From an uncultured Myxococcales bacterium (GTDB taxonomy: Bacteria > Myxococcota > UBA4151), in the NCBI GenBank assembly GCA_964013405.1, contig CAXGWI010000001.1, positions 50,402-114,401 on the forward strand: 64,000 bases of DNA. Direction: 5' to 3'. Shown here in pieces: positions 26,880-35,502 of this stretch (the stretch's first letter is position 1; every line of letters starts with the position of its first letter). The translations under genes were made by a program, and so were the position numbers. The notes below the pieces were generated by a model. The model was not told where the DNA came from, made no database searches, and saw only the letters and a program-made list of their open reading frames with translations.

Positions 26880-28751
26880 ATGCTCCTGGGGGCGATCACG
26901 ATCTACCTCATGTGGAAGTTTAGCGACCTCCCAACCTCTGGGCTCGTCATTTTCCTCGTCGCCGGTTTAGGGACCCTCTACACCTCATTACTGATCTTCT
27001 GGCGGGGGCCTATTTCCACTTGGCTCGCCTTCGTCCTGGTAACGCTTGAGGGCTGTCTCGCACCGGCAATCCTTTGGAGCGACGCTTCGTTCGACCTCAC
27101 CTTGGCCCGGGAGAGTTCGGCTGCCGGGGTTGCCTTCGTTGCCGTCGCACTCGCTGGACTTCGCTATCGCCCCTGGCTGGTCGTCTACGCAGGGCTCATT
27201 GGCGGTGGTTTGACGGCCATCGGCTATCCTGTGTTCTGTCCAAGCGGCGCGAACGACGCCATCTTCTGTCACCCGGGCCTTTATTGGTGGCGGCCCATCT
27301 TCCTCCTCCTCGTCGCCTTCGCCGGTGCGCTGACCGTCTCTGCTGCGCTGCGAACCTTCGCCGTCACCGAGCGCACCATCTACGAAAAAGAGGAGACAGG
27401 TCGGCTCGCCGCCGCCAAACAACTGTTCTTAGCCAGTGTCACCCACGAGCTGCGCACGCCGCTCAACTCCATCCTCGTGCTCTCAAGACTTTTGAAGGAG
27501 TCGGAGGAACAGACCCCAAAAGGGAAGGAACAGGCAGAGGTGATTCACAATGCGGGCTCAAGCTTGCTCGCACTGATCAACGATATCCTCGATCTCTCCA
27601 AAATCGAGGCGGGGGCCATGGAACTGAGTCCAAAGCCAACGCACTTAGCCTCCTTTGCAGAAGCGTTAGAGTTGCTCTTCGAGCCAATTGCTCGGGAGAA
27701 GGAACTCGCTTTCGTTGTACGCAAAGTCGCAGGCACACCGAAAGAGATCGTCGTCGACCGTTTACGCCTCGATCAAATCCTTCGCAATCTCGTCGGTAAC
27801 GCACTGAAATTCACGGAAGCGGGTCGGGTGACGGTGATGATTCACCCGGTCGATGATGGTTGTCTCCAGCGACTTCTAGACCAAGGTCGAGCGGGCGTCA
27901 TCGCAGACAGCCGGGATGACTACGTCGCATTCTCTGTCCGAGACACCGGCCTCGGCATCAACCAGCAAGCACAACAGCAAATCTTCTCGGCCTTCGTTCA
28001 AGCCGATGCGACCACTGCCCAACGTTTTGGCGGCACGGGCCTGGGTCTCTCCATTTGTGCCCAACTGACCAAACTGATGGGCGGCGAGCTGGGTGTCGAA
28101 TCCTCTGAGGGCCTGGGCGCAACCTTCACCCTTCTGCTGCCCGTCGCCCAGCTGGATGCAGGGTCTGACACGCTCCTTGAAGAGGACGTAACCCTCATCG
28201 AGGACGCCCCCAGCGATCTCGCAGAAGACCTGGTCGAGATCACAAATCCTGGAACGGCAGCAACGACCCGAATCCGGGGCGAAGTGCTCCGTAGCGTCGC
28301 ACTGACCAACATCTCGCCGGCCGCGGCCACCGCCGAGGAGAGCTCCACTTCAGTCGGTCAGTTATGGGCGAGCCCCGCAACCGAGGAGTCGAGTCGAACA
28401 ACGCCGGGAACATATCACGATAAAAGGGCTGTGATCGCCCATGAGGATATCCTGACAAATTACCGGGCGGCATCGGCCCTTGAGGCCCTAGGACTCGAGG
28501 TCGTCTCCCGGACCTCCGAAGCGGAGGTCAGCCCGATTCTCCAAAGGTCGGTGCCCCCGGATCTCCTCTTGGTCTCGCCCGATCTCGCCCATCTTGCGGC
28601 AGCTACCACGGCACCCACCATCTTGATTTGTCATGACGAACAAGCGGAGCCCCCCCTTCCCGATGGGATTGCCGACGTCCTCTTTGCACCGGTGGATGGG
28701 CTACGCCTAAAGGCTTTGCTCGATGCCCACTTGGCCGGGGGGGAGACATGA
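26880..28751 (+). CDS. membrane-bound sensor histidine kinase with a C-terminal degenerate receiver-like region
   Basis: About 5 N-terminal TM helices are followed by the HisKA H-box SVTHELRTPLNS and HATPase N/G boxes (NLVGNALKFT, GGTGLGLSIC). The C-terminal roughly 150 aa are receiver-like without a clear phospho-Asp. Confidence 0.8.
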   Translation: MLLGAITIYLMWKFSDLPTSGLVIFLVAGLGTLYTSLLIFWRGPISTWLAFVLVTLEGCLAPAILWSDASFDLTLARESSAAGVAFVAVALAGLRYRPWLVVYAGLIGGGLTAIGYPVFCPSGANDAIFCHPGLYWWRPIFLLLVAFAGALTVSAALRTFAVTERTIYEKEETGRLAAAKQLFLASVTHELRTPLNSILVLSRLLKESEEQTPKGKEQAEVIHNAGSSLLALINDILDLSKIEAGAMELSPKPTHLASFAEALELLFEPIAREKELAFVVRKVAGTPKEIVVDRLRLDQILRNLVGNALKFTEAGRVTVMIHPVDDGCLQRLLDQGRAGVIADSRDDYVAFSVRDTGLGINQQAQQQIFSAFVQADATTAQRFGGTGLGLSICAQLTKLMGGELGVESSEGLGATFTLLLPVAQLDAGSDTLLEEDVTLIEDAPSDLAEDLVEITNPGTAATTRIRGEVLRSVALTNISPAAATAEESSTSVGQLWASPATEESSRTTPGTYHDKRAVIAHEDILTNYRAASALEALGLEVVSRTSEAEVSPILQRSVPPDLLLVSPDLAHLAAATTAPTILICHDEQAEPPLPDGIADVLFAPVDGLRLKALLDAHLAGGET

Positions 28752-28804
28752 AGAATCTGCGCTGCATCTTGACCCTCCGGCCTGCCTCCCCGTAGGGGCC
28801 AGAC

Positions 28805-29809
28805 ATGAAGATCAGTCTGATCATTCCCTGTTTCAATGAGGAGGAGAGCCTACCGCTGCTCATCCAAGAGATCGACGCGGTGATCGACGGTGAAGGACTG
28901 GATGCAGAAGTCCTCCTCATCGACGATGGCTCCATGGACGCCACCCCCGACCTGATCCGCAAGGCATCTAGGGCGCGCCCTGAGCGATATAAAGGCATCA
29001 TTTTCCGGCGCAACCACGGCCAGACCGCGGCCATGCTCGCGGGGATGGACCACGCATCAGGAGACGTTCTGGTGCCGCTGGACGCAGACTTACAAAACCC
29101 TCCTTCTGAAATCCCAAAACTGCTCGCCAAACTTGAAGAAGGCTACGACGTGGTCAGTGGCTGGCGCAAAGATCGACAGGACAAGGCCCTGACCCGAAAG
29201 CTCCCTAGTCGCATGGCGAACTGGCTTATCGGTAAAATCGGCGGCTTACCCCTCCACGATTATGGCTGCAGTCTCAAAGCCTACCGACGAGAGGTGATTC
29301 AGGGGGTTCGGCTCTACGGCGAGATGCACCGCTTCATTCCCATCTACGCCAAGTGGCAGGGTGCTCGCGTGACGGAACTTCCAGTGGAACACCGAGCACG
29401 AGCGCTGGGTACCAGTAAATATGGTCTGAACCGGACCTTCAAAGTCCTGCTCGATCTCCTGACCGTCAAGTTCCTCGGCGATTACGGACAAAAGCCCATC
29501 TATTTCTTTGGTGGCCTCGGCATGTTCCTTTGTGGACTTGGCACCCTATCCGCCATCGAAACATTGGTCGAAAAGGCGCTTTGGGGGGTGAAAGTCCACA
29601 CCAACCCCTTCATCATTTTGGCTGTCTTTCTCTTTATCGTCGGGGTCCAAGCCATCATGATGGGCCTGTTGGCGGATCTGCAGATGCGGACCTTCTACGA
29701 GAGTCAGGACAAGCGGACCTACCTCGTGTTGGAGACCTGTGGACTTGATGGGGAAGCACCCGAATTCACCGAATCGCCGACACAGCAATTTTCACCAGAA
29801 GACGCCTAG
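28805..29809 (+). CDS. GT2-family polyprenyl-phosphate glycosyltransferase (ArnC/GtrB/Dpm1-like)
   Basis: MKISLIIPCFNEEESL…LIDDGSMD…DADLQNP carries the DxD motif. Two C-terminal TM helices are present, as in ArnC/GtrB. Confidence 0.85.
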   Translation: MKISLIIPCFNEEESLPLLIQEIDAVIDGEGLDAEVLLIDDGSMDATPDLIRKASRARPERYKGIIFRRNHGQTAAMLAGMDHASGDVLVPLDADLQNPPSEIPKLLAKLEEGYDVVSGWRKDRQDKALTRKLPSRMANWLIGKIGGLPLHDYGCSLKAYRREVIQGVRLYGEMHRFIPIYAKWQGARVTELPVEHRARALGTSKYGLNRTFKVLLDLLTVKFLGDYGQKPIYFFGGLGMFLCGLGTLSAIETLVEKALWGVKVHTNPFIILAVFLFIVGVQAIMMGLLADLQMRTFYESQDKRTYLVLETCGLDGEAPEFTESPTQQFSPEDA

Positions 29810-31687
29810 ATGTGTGGGGTCATCGGCTGGATCGGCCAGCCGGGCAGTTCACCGAACGAAGCCTTGATCGAACGAGCGATGACTCGTCTGCACCATCGCG
29901 GTCCCGATGGTCGTGGTTATAGCGAACGTGACCATGTGGGACTGGGTCACACCCGACTGGCGATCATCGACCTGGCCGGCGCGAAGCAACCCATGGCCCA
30001 TGACTCCGGCTTGCGGATTAGCTTCAACGGCGAAATCTACAACTTCCGTGCCCTCCGCAATCGACTCGAGGGCCTGGGGCATCGCTTTGTGCTGAACTCG
30101 GATACCGAGGTCCTGGCTGCCGCCTGTGCCCAGTGGGGGCCGGAGGCGGTAGATCACCTTGAGGGAATGTATGCGTTTGTCGTCGATGACCCCGAGCGGG
30201 ACCTGGTGTGGGCCGCCCGTGACCCCTTAGGGCAAAAGCCCCTTTACGCCTGCGATGCTCGCTTTCAACCCCAGGCTGCTTGGCTCTTTGTCAGCGAACT
30301 GAAAGCTGTGCTCCCTGAGGCGGAGCGACGAGTCGACCGGGAGGCAGCACTTCGTTTTCTCACCTATGACTTCGTCCCCGACGAGGAGGGGATTTTTCAG
30401 GGGGTCCAAAAACTTCGCCCCGGTGAAGTCTGGTGCCTGCAACGATCCCAACCGGGCGAACCCCACAGGCGACGCTTCTTCCCCCTTCATCCCGGGGCAA
30501 AAATTGAAAGCACCGCAGACTACCTTGAAGGCTTAGAAACCAGGCTCGACGACGCTGTTCAGCGCCGTCTGGTCTCCGATGTCCCCCTGGGTGTGTTCTT
30601 GTCTGGTGGTATCGATTCATCCCTGATCACCGCCTTCGCAGTCCGACACCGAAAAGCGGGCGGTTTAAAAACCTTTGCGATCGGATTTGAAGAGAAGATT
30701 TTTGACGAGCGACATCACGCGCAAGCGGTCGCCGACCATCTCGGCACGGACCATCACTGTCGCGTCGTCACCGCCCAGCATCTTCTCGACGTGGTCCCCA
30801 CCATTCTCAGCCATCAAGACGAACCCTTCGGCGACCCCTCCTTGATTCCCACCTATCTGCTGAGTCAGTTCGCCCGGGAACAAGTGACGGTGGCCCTCGG
30901 CGGCGATGGCGGAGATGAACTCTTTCTCGGCTATCCCACCTTCGTCGCGGAATCCTTGCGAAAGCCGTTTCGGTGGTTCCCTCGGCTCGGCTGGAAAGCA
31001 AGTGCCGCCGCCGCCCAACTCCTCCCGGTCGGTCAAGGGCATTACCCCCTCGATTACAAAGTGAAACGCTTCCTCGCTGGCTCGTCTCGCCCCCTTCCCG
31101 ACCGGCACCAGGTCTGGATCGGTGGCGCGACCCCCGAGGTCCTCAGGCGGCTCGCCCCCGGCTTGAACGAGGAGGAGCTCTTTGCGCCGAGTCGACGATC
31201 CTGGGCTGCGAGCCGTGGCGATGATTTCGAGCGCTTGACCCAGCTTTATGCCGAGCACTACTTGGCCGCTGGCGTCCTGCAAAAAGCGGATCGAGCATCG
31301 ATGATGGTGAGCTTGGAACTTCGGGCCCCCTTTCTCGACCGGGGGGTCGTTCGCCATGCCCTGCAGGCCCCCCACGCACTGCGCATTTCCGGCAGACAGA
31401 CCAAAATTGCGCTGCGTCGCTTGGCCCAGCGCATGCTCCCCACCAGCATCACGGAACGCCCGAAAAAAGGCTTCGGCATTCCCCTGTCTGACTGGCTACG
31501 GGGCCCCTTGCGATCCTGGCTCGAGGAACAACTGGATGCCGACCGAATCAAGCAGCAGGATCTGTTTGCGCCGAGTGAAGTACGAGATCTCTTGGCCGAA
31601 CACCTGCGCGGCCAATGTGACCACGGTAAACTCCTGTGGAATCTCGCCTGCCTCTCTGCCTTTCTGAGTCGGAGTCACTCGCCATGA
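29810..31687 (+). CDS. asparagine synthetase B-like glutamine amidotransferase
   Basis: MCGVIGWIG is the N-terminal Cys nucleophile. The PP-loop SGGIDSS is present. The protein is 625 aa and starts 1 nt after the GT2 stop. Confidence 0.9.
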   Translation: MCGVIGWIGQPGSSPNEALIERAMTRLHHRGPDGRGYSERDHVGLGHTRLAIIDLAGAKQPMAHDSGLRISFNGEIYNFRALRNRLEGLGHRFVLNSDTEVLAAACAQWGPEAVDHLEGMYAFVVDDPERDLVWAARDPLGQKPLYACDARFQPQAAWLFVSELKAVLPEAERRVDREAALRFLTYDFVPDEEGIFQGVQKLRPGEVWCLQRSQPGEPHRRRFFPLHPGAKIESTADYLEGLETRLDDAVQRRLVSDVPLGVFLSGGIDSSLITAFAVRHRKAGGLKTFAIGFEEKIFDERHHAQAVADHLGTDHHCRVVTAQHLLDVVPTILSHQDEPFGDPSLIPTYLLSQFAREQVTVALGGDGGDELFLGYPTFVAESLRKPFRWFPRLGWKASAAAAQLLPVGQGHYPLDYKVKRFLAGSSRPLPDRHQVWIGGATPEVLRRLAPGLNEEELFAPSRRSWAASRGDDFERLTQLYAEHYLAAGVLQKADRASMMVSLELRAPFLDRGVVRHALQAPHALRISGRQTKIALRRLAQRMLPTSITERPKKGFGIPLSDWLRGPLRSWLEEQLDADRIKQQDLFAPSEVRDLLAEHLRGQCDHGKLLWNLACLSAFLSRSHSP

Positions 31688-32520
31688 CACGGCTGCTGGA
31701 CTACGCCTTGCTGCTCGGACTCGCGGTTGCCGTGCTGTTGTCGGCGGCCGGCTTCATGCCGCAAGCCCCCGACCTGCCGGATTCAGCCTGGCTAAAGGCC
31801 GGTCGAACGCTGGCAAAAAGAGCCTCCCGGCAGGACACGATCCTCCTCAATAATGGGGGCTCAACTGAGGGGCTTGCTCTCTTGCGAGACCAAGAACTCA
31901 AGCCCTTACTCGCGCTTCCTGAGCCTCGGGGGCGGGTCCAAAAGCTCTGGGTCCTTGGGCGTCGGGCCAAGCCACCGGCCGGCCTCGATGCCTTTCATCC
32001 AACCGGCCCAGCCGAAGCCGTGGCGCCCGGTCTCACCTTGTGGTCACTGCAAAGACCGGGAGGCTCGACCCTTTGGCGGGCATCGGAGGCCCTCGAAATG
32101 GCCGCGATCACAGTCGGAAAAACCCGCTGTTCCGGCCATCATCCGGCCGGTCGAAGCTGCCCAGGCTTACCAGATTGGATGCGCGTCACCCGAGAGCAAG
32201 TCACGATAAGCGGACGCAGTCACCACTGCCTTTGGGCCCATCCTCCTGCCCAGGGAACACCCCTGGTCATCGACTTCGGGCCTGTCCCTGAGGGAGAACT
32301 TCTCTTACGACACGGTCTCTCGGATGCCGCCAGTCGTTCGGGGAATACGTCCCCGGTCGAACTCAGGATTTTTAGTGCCCATGGAGAGCGACTCCTGCGG
32401 GCCCATAACCAGGCTGGTTTCCAGGCCGAGCGCTTGGCCGTGAAGGGACGACTCAAACTGAAAATCCGGGCCCAAAAGGATGGGATGAGGCATTATTGCT
32501 TCAGCGCGGAGATCCGATGA
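31684..32520 (+). CDS. hypothetical membrane-anchored (signal-anchor) protein
   Basis: The start MTRLLDYALLLGLAVAVLLSAAGF overlaps the asnB stop (ATGA at 31684-31687, verified). There is no recognisable domain. Confidence 0.5.
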   Translation: MTRLLDYALLLGLAVAVLLSAAGFMPQAPDLPDSAWLKAGRTLAKRASRQDTILLNNGGSTEGLALLRDQELKPLLALPEPRGRVQKLWVLGRRAKPPAGLDAFHPTGPAEAVAPGLTLWSLQRPGGSTLWRASEALEMAAITVGKTRCSGHHPAGRSCPGLPDWMRVTREQVTISGRSHHCLWAHPPAQGTPLVIDFGPVPEGELLLRHGLSDAASRSGNTSPVELRIFSAHGERLLRAHNQAGFQAERLAVKGRLKLKIRAQKDGMRHYCFSAEIR

Positions 32521-34124
32521 GTGCCCGGCTTCGAAATCCAGCGCTGCTTGTGTTCTTCCTGGTCTTTGTGGCTGCGGCCCTCACCTTGCCAGAGGTGGGT
32601 GTTACGGACGATGACGACTTCTATTTGCCAGCGGGGCACAGTTACTTTCGCTGGTCTCGTCGGGTGGTGAGCGAGCCAAGCGCCGCCTTACGTCAAGATC
32701 AACTGGACGCCCACTGGAGCCCGAACCGGGAGCATCCGCCGCTTGCGAAGTGGTTTATCGGGCTCGGCCGTTACCTAGGCCACGAGCTTTCCGGTTGGAT
32801 GCCGGCTCTCGATGCGGGCCGGCTTGGTACCTGTTTCTTCTTCGCTTTGGTCGTGGCGCTCATCTTCGCCCTCGCCCGAGAGCGACTCGGTCTAGGACCG
32901 GCCATTTTTGCGGCGGCTGCCTTTGTTCTCATCCCGAGACTCGCTTTTCATGGACGTGTGGCCACCCTCGATATGCCCGTAGCTGCCATGAGCACCCTCT
33001 TTTTCTTTGCCTTTTGGCGTCTGCATCGGACCCGATCGGCCAAAGCCATTTTACTCATGACCTTGGCCTTTGGCTTGGCCCTCTCCACGAAATTAAACGC
33101 CCCCTTTACCCTACTGGCTTGCGGGGTGTTTTGGCTGCTGGAAAGCCTGCCCGAGTTCCGACGAAACCGAGAAGGCATCCAGCTGCCTGATCTGCCCCTC
33201 TGGCTGCTGATCATCCCCGTCGGTGGCTTGCTGATTCAGGTGGCCCTGTGGCCTTGGCTTTGGCCTGATGTTATCGGCCGCTTCAGCGAATACGTCCGCT
33301 TCCATACCGGTCACTACCCGATCTACCTTTTCTATGAAGGGCAGATTTGGGAACGCCCATTTGCCCCTTGGCACGCCCCCTTTGCCCATACCTGGGCCGT
33401 GCTCCCCACCTCCCTCTTGTTTGCAGCCCTCGTTGGCTTTGCCGTGCTCCTGCGCCAGGCCTTTGGCTTCGAGCGCTTCGATGAACGCCCGGGCCCCGAT
33501 GAAGGGATGTTCGCCCGTTACCTTTTGATCCACGGCTTCATCGCCATCGGCACCGTCGCTTTTAGCCCAGTCCCCAAATATGGCGGCATCAAACTCTTTC
33601 TGCCCTTCTTTCCCCTCCTCGCCATCGCCATGGGCTTCGGGATGAAGCGGTTGCTCGAATGCCTGCCGAAAAAGCCGTGGGCGGTGCCTGTGCTCGCCGG
33701 CCTCTTGCTGTCGGGCGGTGCCATCGACAGTTGGAAGTTCCGGGGCCAAGCCCTCTCAAGCTTCGGGGCCCATGTGGGTGGTCTCTCCGGTGCTGTTCAG
33801 CGTGGCTATGAGCGACAATATTATGATGTCTTCGATCGCCATATGGCCCGTTGGCTCAGCGAGAACACCCCGAAAAGTGGACGGGTTTACTTCGAACCAA
33901 ACCACAAAGAGTACGTCCGCAGCGGTCCCTACCTGAAGCGTACAGGGGACCTACGCAGCGATATCCGGCTGCGTGGGGGGCACCGGGCTGATATCGTCGT
34001 TCTCACCCACGAGCGGCGGTGGCGAACCTTCGCCGACCTCGCCGAGAAACTTAAGCACCGGCCCGTTCTCTACGAACACCGAGTTGACGGTGTCGTCCTT
34101 TGGACTGCCTTCGGTCGCGACTAG
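32517..34124 (+). CDS. GT-C fold glycosyltransferase of the ArnT/PMT family (polyprenyl-phosphate-sugar dependent)
   Basis: There are about 11 TM helices. An acidic loop DDDDFY near the N-terminus resembles a GT-C catalytic DD/DE motif. A C-terminal soluble domain is present. ATGA overlap at 32517-32520. Confidence 0.7.
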   Translation: MSARLRNPALLVFFLVFVAAALTLPEVGVTDDDDFYLPAGHSYFRWSRRVVSEPSAALRQDQLDAHWSPNREHPPLAKWFIGLGRYLGHELSGWMPALDAGRLGTCFFFALVVALIFALARERLGLGPAIFAAAAFVLIPRLAFHGRVATLDMPVAAMSTLFFFAFWRLHRTRSAKAILLMTLAFGLALSTKLNAPFTLLACGVFWLLESLPEFRRNREGIQLPDLPLWLLIIPVGGLLIQVALWPWLWPDVIGRFSEYVRFHTGHYPIYLFYEGQIWERPFAPWHAPFAHTWAVLPTSLLFAALVGFAVLLRQAFGFERFDERPGPDEGMFARYLLIHGFIAIGTVAFSPVPKYGGIKLFLPFFPLLAIAMGFGMKRLLECLPKKPWAVPVLAGLLLSGGAIDSWKFRGQALSSFGAHVGGLSGAVQRGYERQYYDVFDRHMARWLSENTPKSGRVYFEPNHKEYVRSGPYLKRTGDLRSDIRLRGGHRADIVVLTHERRWRTFADLAEKLKHRPVLYEHRVDGVVLWTAFGRD

Positions 34125-34138
34125 CCCGTCCGTCGAAC

Positions 34139-35410
34139 CTAGGGTGAAACCCGACGACCACGAATCCACGTCCCAGCAATGTCCTGTGCGCTGCCGAGAA
34201 TGATGGCCGCAAAAACCTGCTCCTCAAGGCGGTCGCAGCGAGACCAACGCTGGGCCAGCCAACTCCCTTCTGGCGGCTGAAGCAGAATAAAATCCGCTCG
34301 CTTACCAGGCTCCAAACTACCGATCCTGTCAGCCATTCCAAGAACCCCCGCACTTCCCAAGGTCGCGAGGGACAGTAGATCTTCGACGGAGATGCTCGCC
34401 CCTTGAAGGCGCTGCACCTGATAGCAAGCCTTTAGGCTCTCCAGCATGCACAGAGAGGTGCCTGCGCCCACATCGGTGCCCAGCCCCACGGAGACCCCGG
34501 CCTCGCGGGCCCGCCGGAGATCGAAGAGGCCACTACCGAGAAAGAGGTTCGCCGTCGGACAATGGACAAGACTGCTCCGGCTCGCCGCCAAGGCCGACCA
34601 CTCTCGGTCACCAAGATGGACGCCATGGGCAAAGGAGCTTCTTGACCCCAGCATACCGAAGGACTCGTAAACGGCCGTGTAGTCTGCCGCTTCTGGATGA
34701 AGCTCTGCAACCCACGTCTGCTCAGCTAGCGTCTCCGCCAGGTGGCTTTGCAGAAGCGCCTCAGGATGCTGGGCTAAAATCTCTGCGCAACGGGCCATCG
34801 CCTCCTCGCTGCAGCTGGGAACAAAACGGGGCAGCAAGCCCAAGCGCAGGTCCGGGCCCATCAGGCCGATCAGGTGGTGACTAATCGCTGCACTATCCGC
34901 AGGCGTTTTCAGTAACTCGGCCGGCCCGTTGCGATCCATCCAGACATTGCCGGTCACCGCTGCCAGTTGGCGCCGGTTCAGTTCGGAGACCAGCGCTTCC
35001 ATCGCCCCCTGATACGAGACGCCGAAGATGAACGCGGCCGTCGTCCCCTGCCGGGCCAACTCGTCGAGGAATTGCCCCGCTAAAGCCTCCGCATAGGCTT
35101 GATCTGCGCATTCGATCTCGGCGGGAAACGTATATCGCTCGAGCCAGGTCAGGAGGCTTTCCCCGTGGCTCCCCGCCATGAGGTATTGGGGAAAATGGAC
35201 ATGGGCATCGACAAAGCCTGGCAGCAAAAGGCCAGAGCCATGATCGATCACATTCGCCGTTGGGTAGGCCTGAATCAGTGGCTCTGCGTCGCCCACGGCG
35301 GCAATGGAGCCCTCGCCATCTACAAGGAGGGCGCCTCGCTCAAGCCAGCGAAAGCCCTGCTCGGCGGTGGGGCTGACCACCGCACCCAAGTGAAGATTCA
35401 TCGGCACCAA
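34139..35410 (-). CDS. guanine deaminase (amidohydrolase superfamily)
   Basis: Metal-binding motifs are PGFVDAHVHFPQ, HLAE and GTDVGAG. The protein is 423 aa. Confidence 0.75.
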   Translation of the reverse strand: MVPMNLHLGAVVSPTAEQGFRWLERGALLVDGEGSIAAVGDAEPLIQAYPTANVIDHGSGLLLPGFVDAHVHFPQYLMAGSHGESLLTWLERYTFPAEIECADQAYAEALAGQFLDELARQGTTAAFIFGVSYQGAMEALVSELNRRQLAAVTGNVWMDRNGPAELLKTPADSAAISHHLIGLMGPDLRLGLLPRFVPSCSEEAMARCAEILAQHPEALLQSHLAETLAEQTWVAELHPEAADYTAVYESFGMLGSRSSFAHGVHLGDREWSALAASRSSLVHCPTANLFLGSGLFDLRRAREAGVSVGLGTDVGAGTSLCMLESLKACYQVQRLQGASISVEDLLSLATLGSAGVLGMADRIGSLEPGKRADFILLQPPEGSWLAQRWSRCDRLEEQVFAAIILGSAQDIAGTWIRGRRVSP

Positions 35411-35502
35411 TCGTGTCCACTCCTGCGCACCATCGACCAGTAAAGGCTAGAGGCAGGAGCTTGTCTAGATTCTCGACGAGATTTGGGCTCCTGAGAAGCG
35501 AG

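Noticed and set aside
33111-33749. 212-aa minus-strand ORF
   Set aside because: It lies inside the ArnT/PMT-like GT-C gene and has no membrane topology or motifs.
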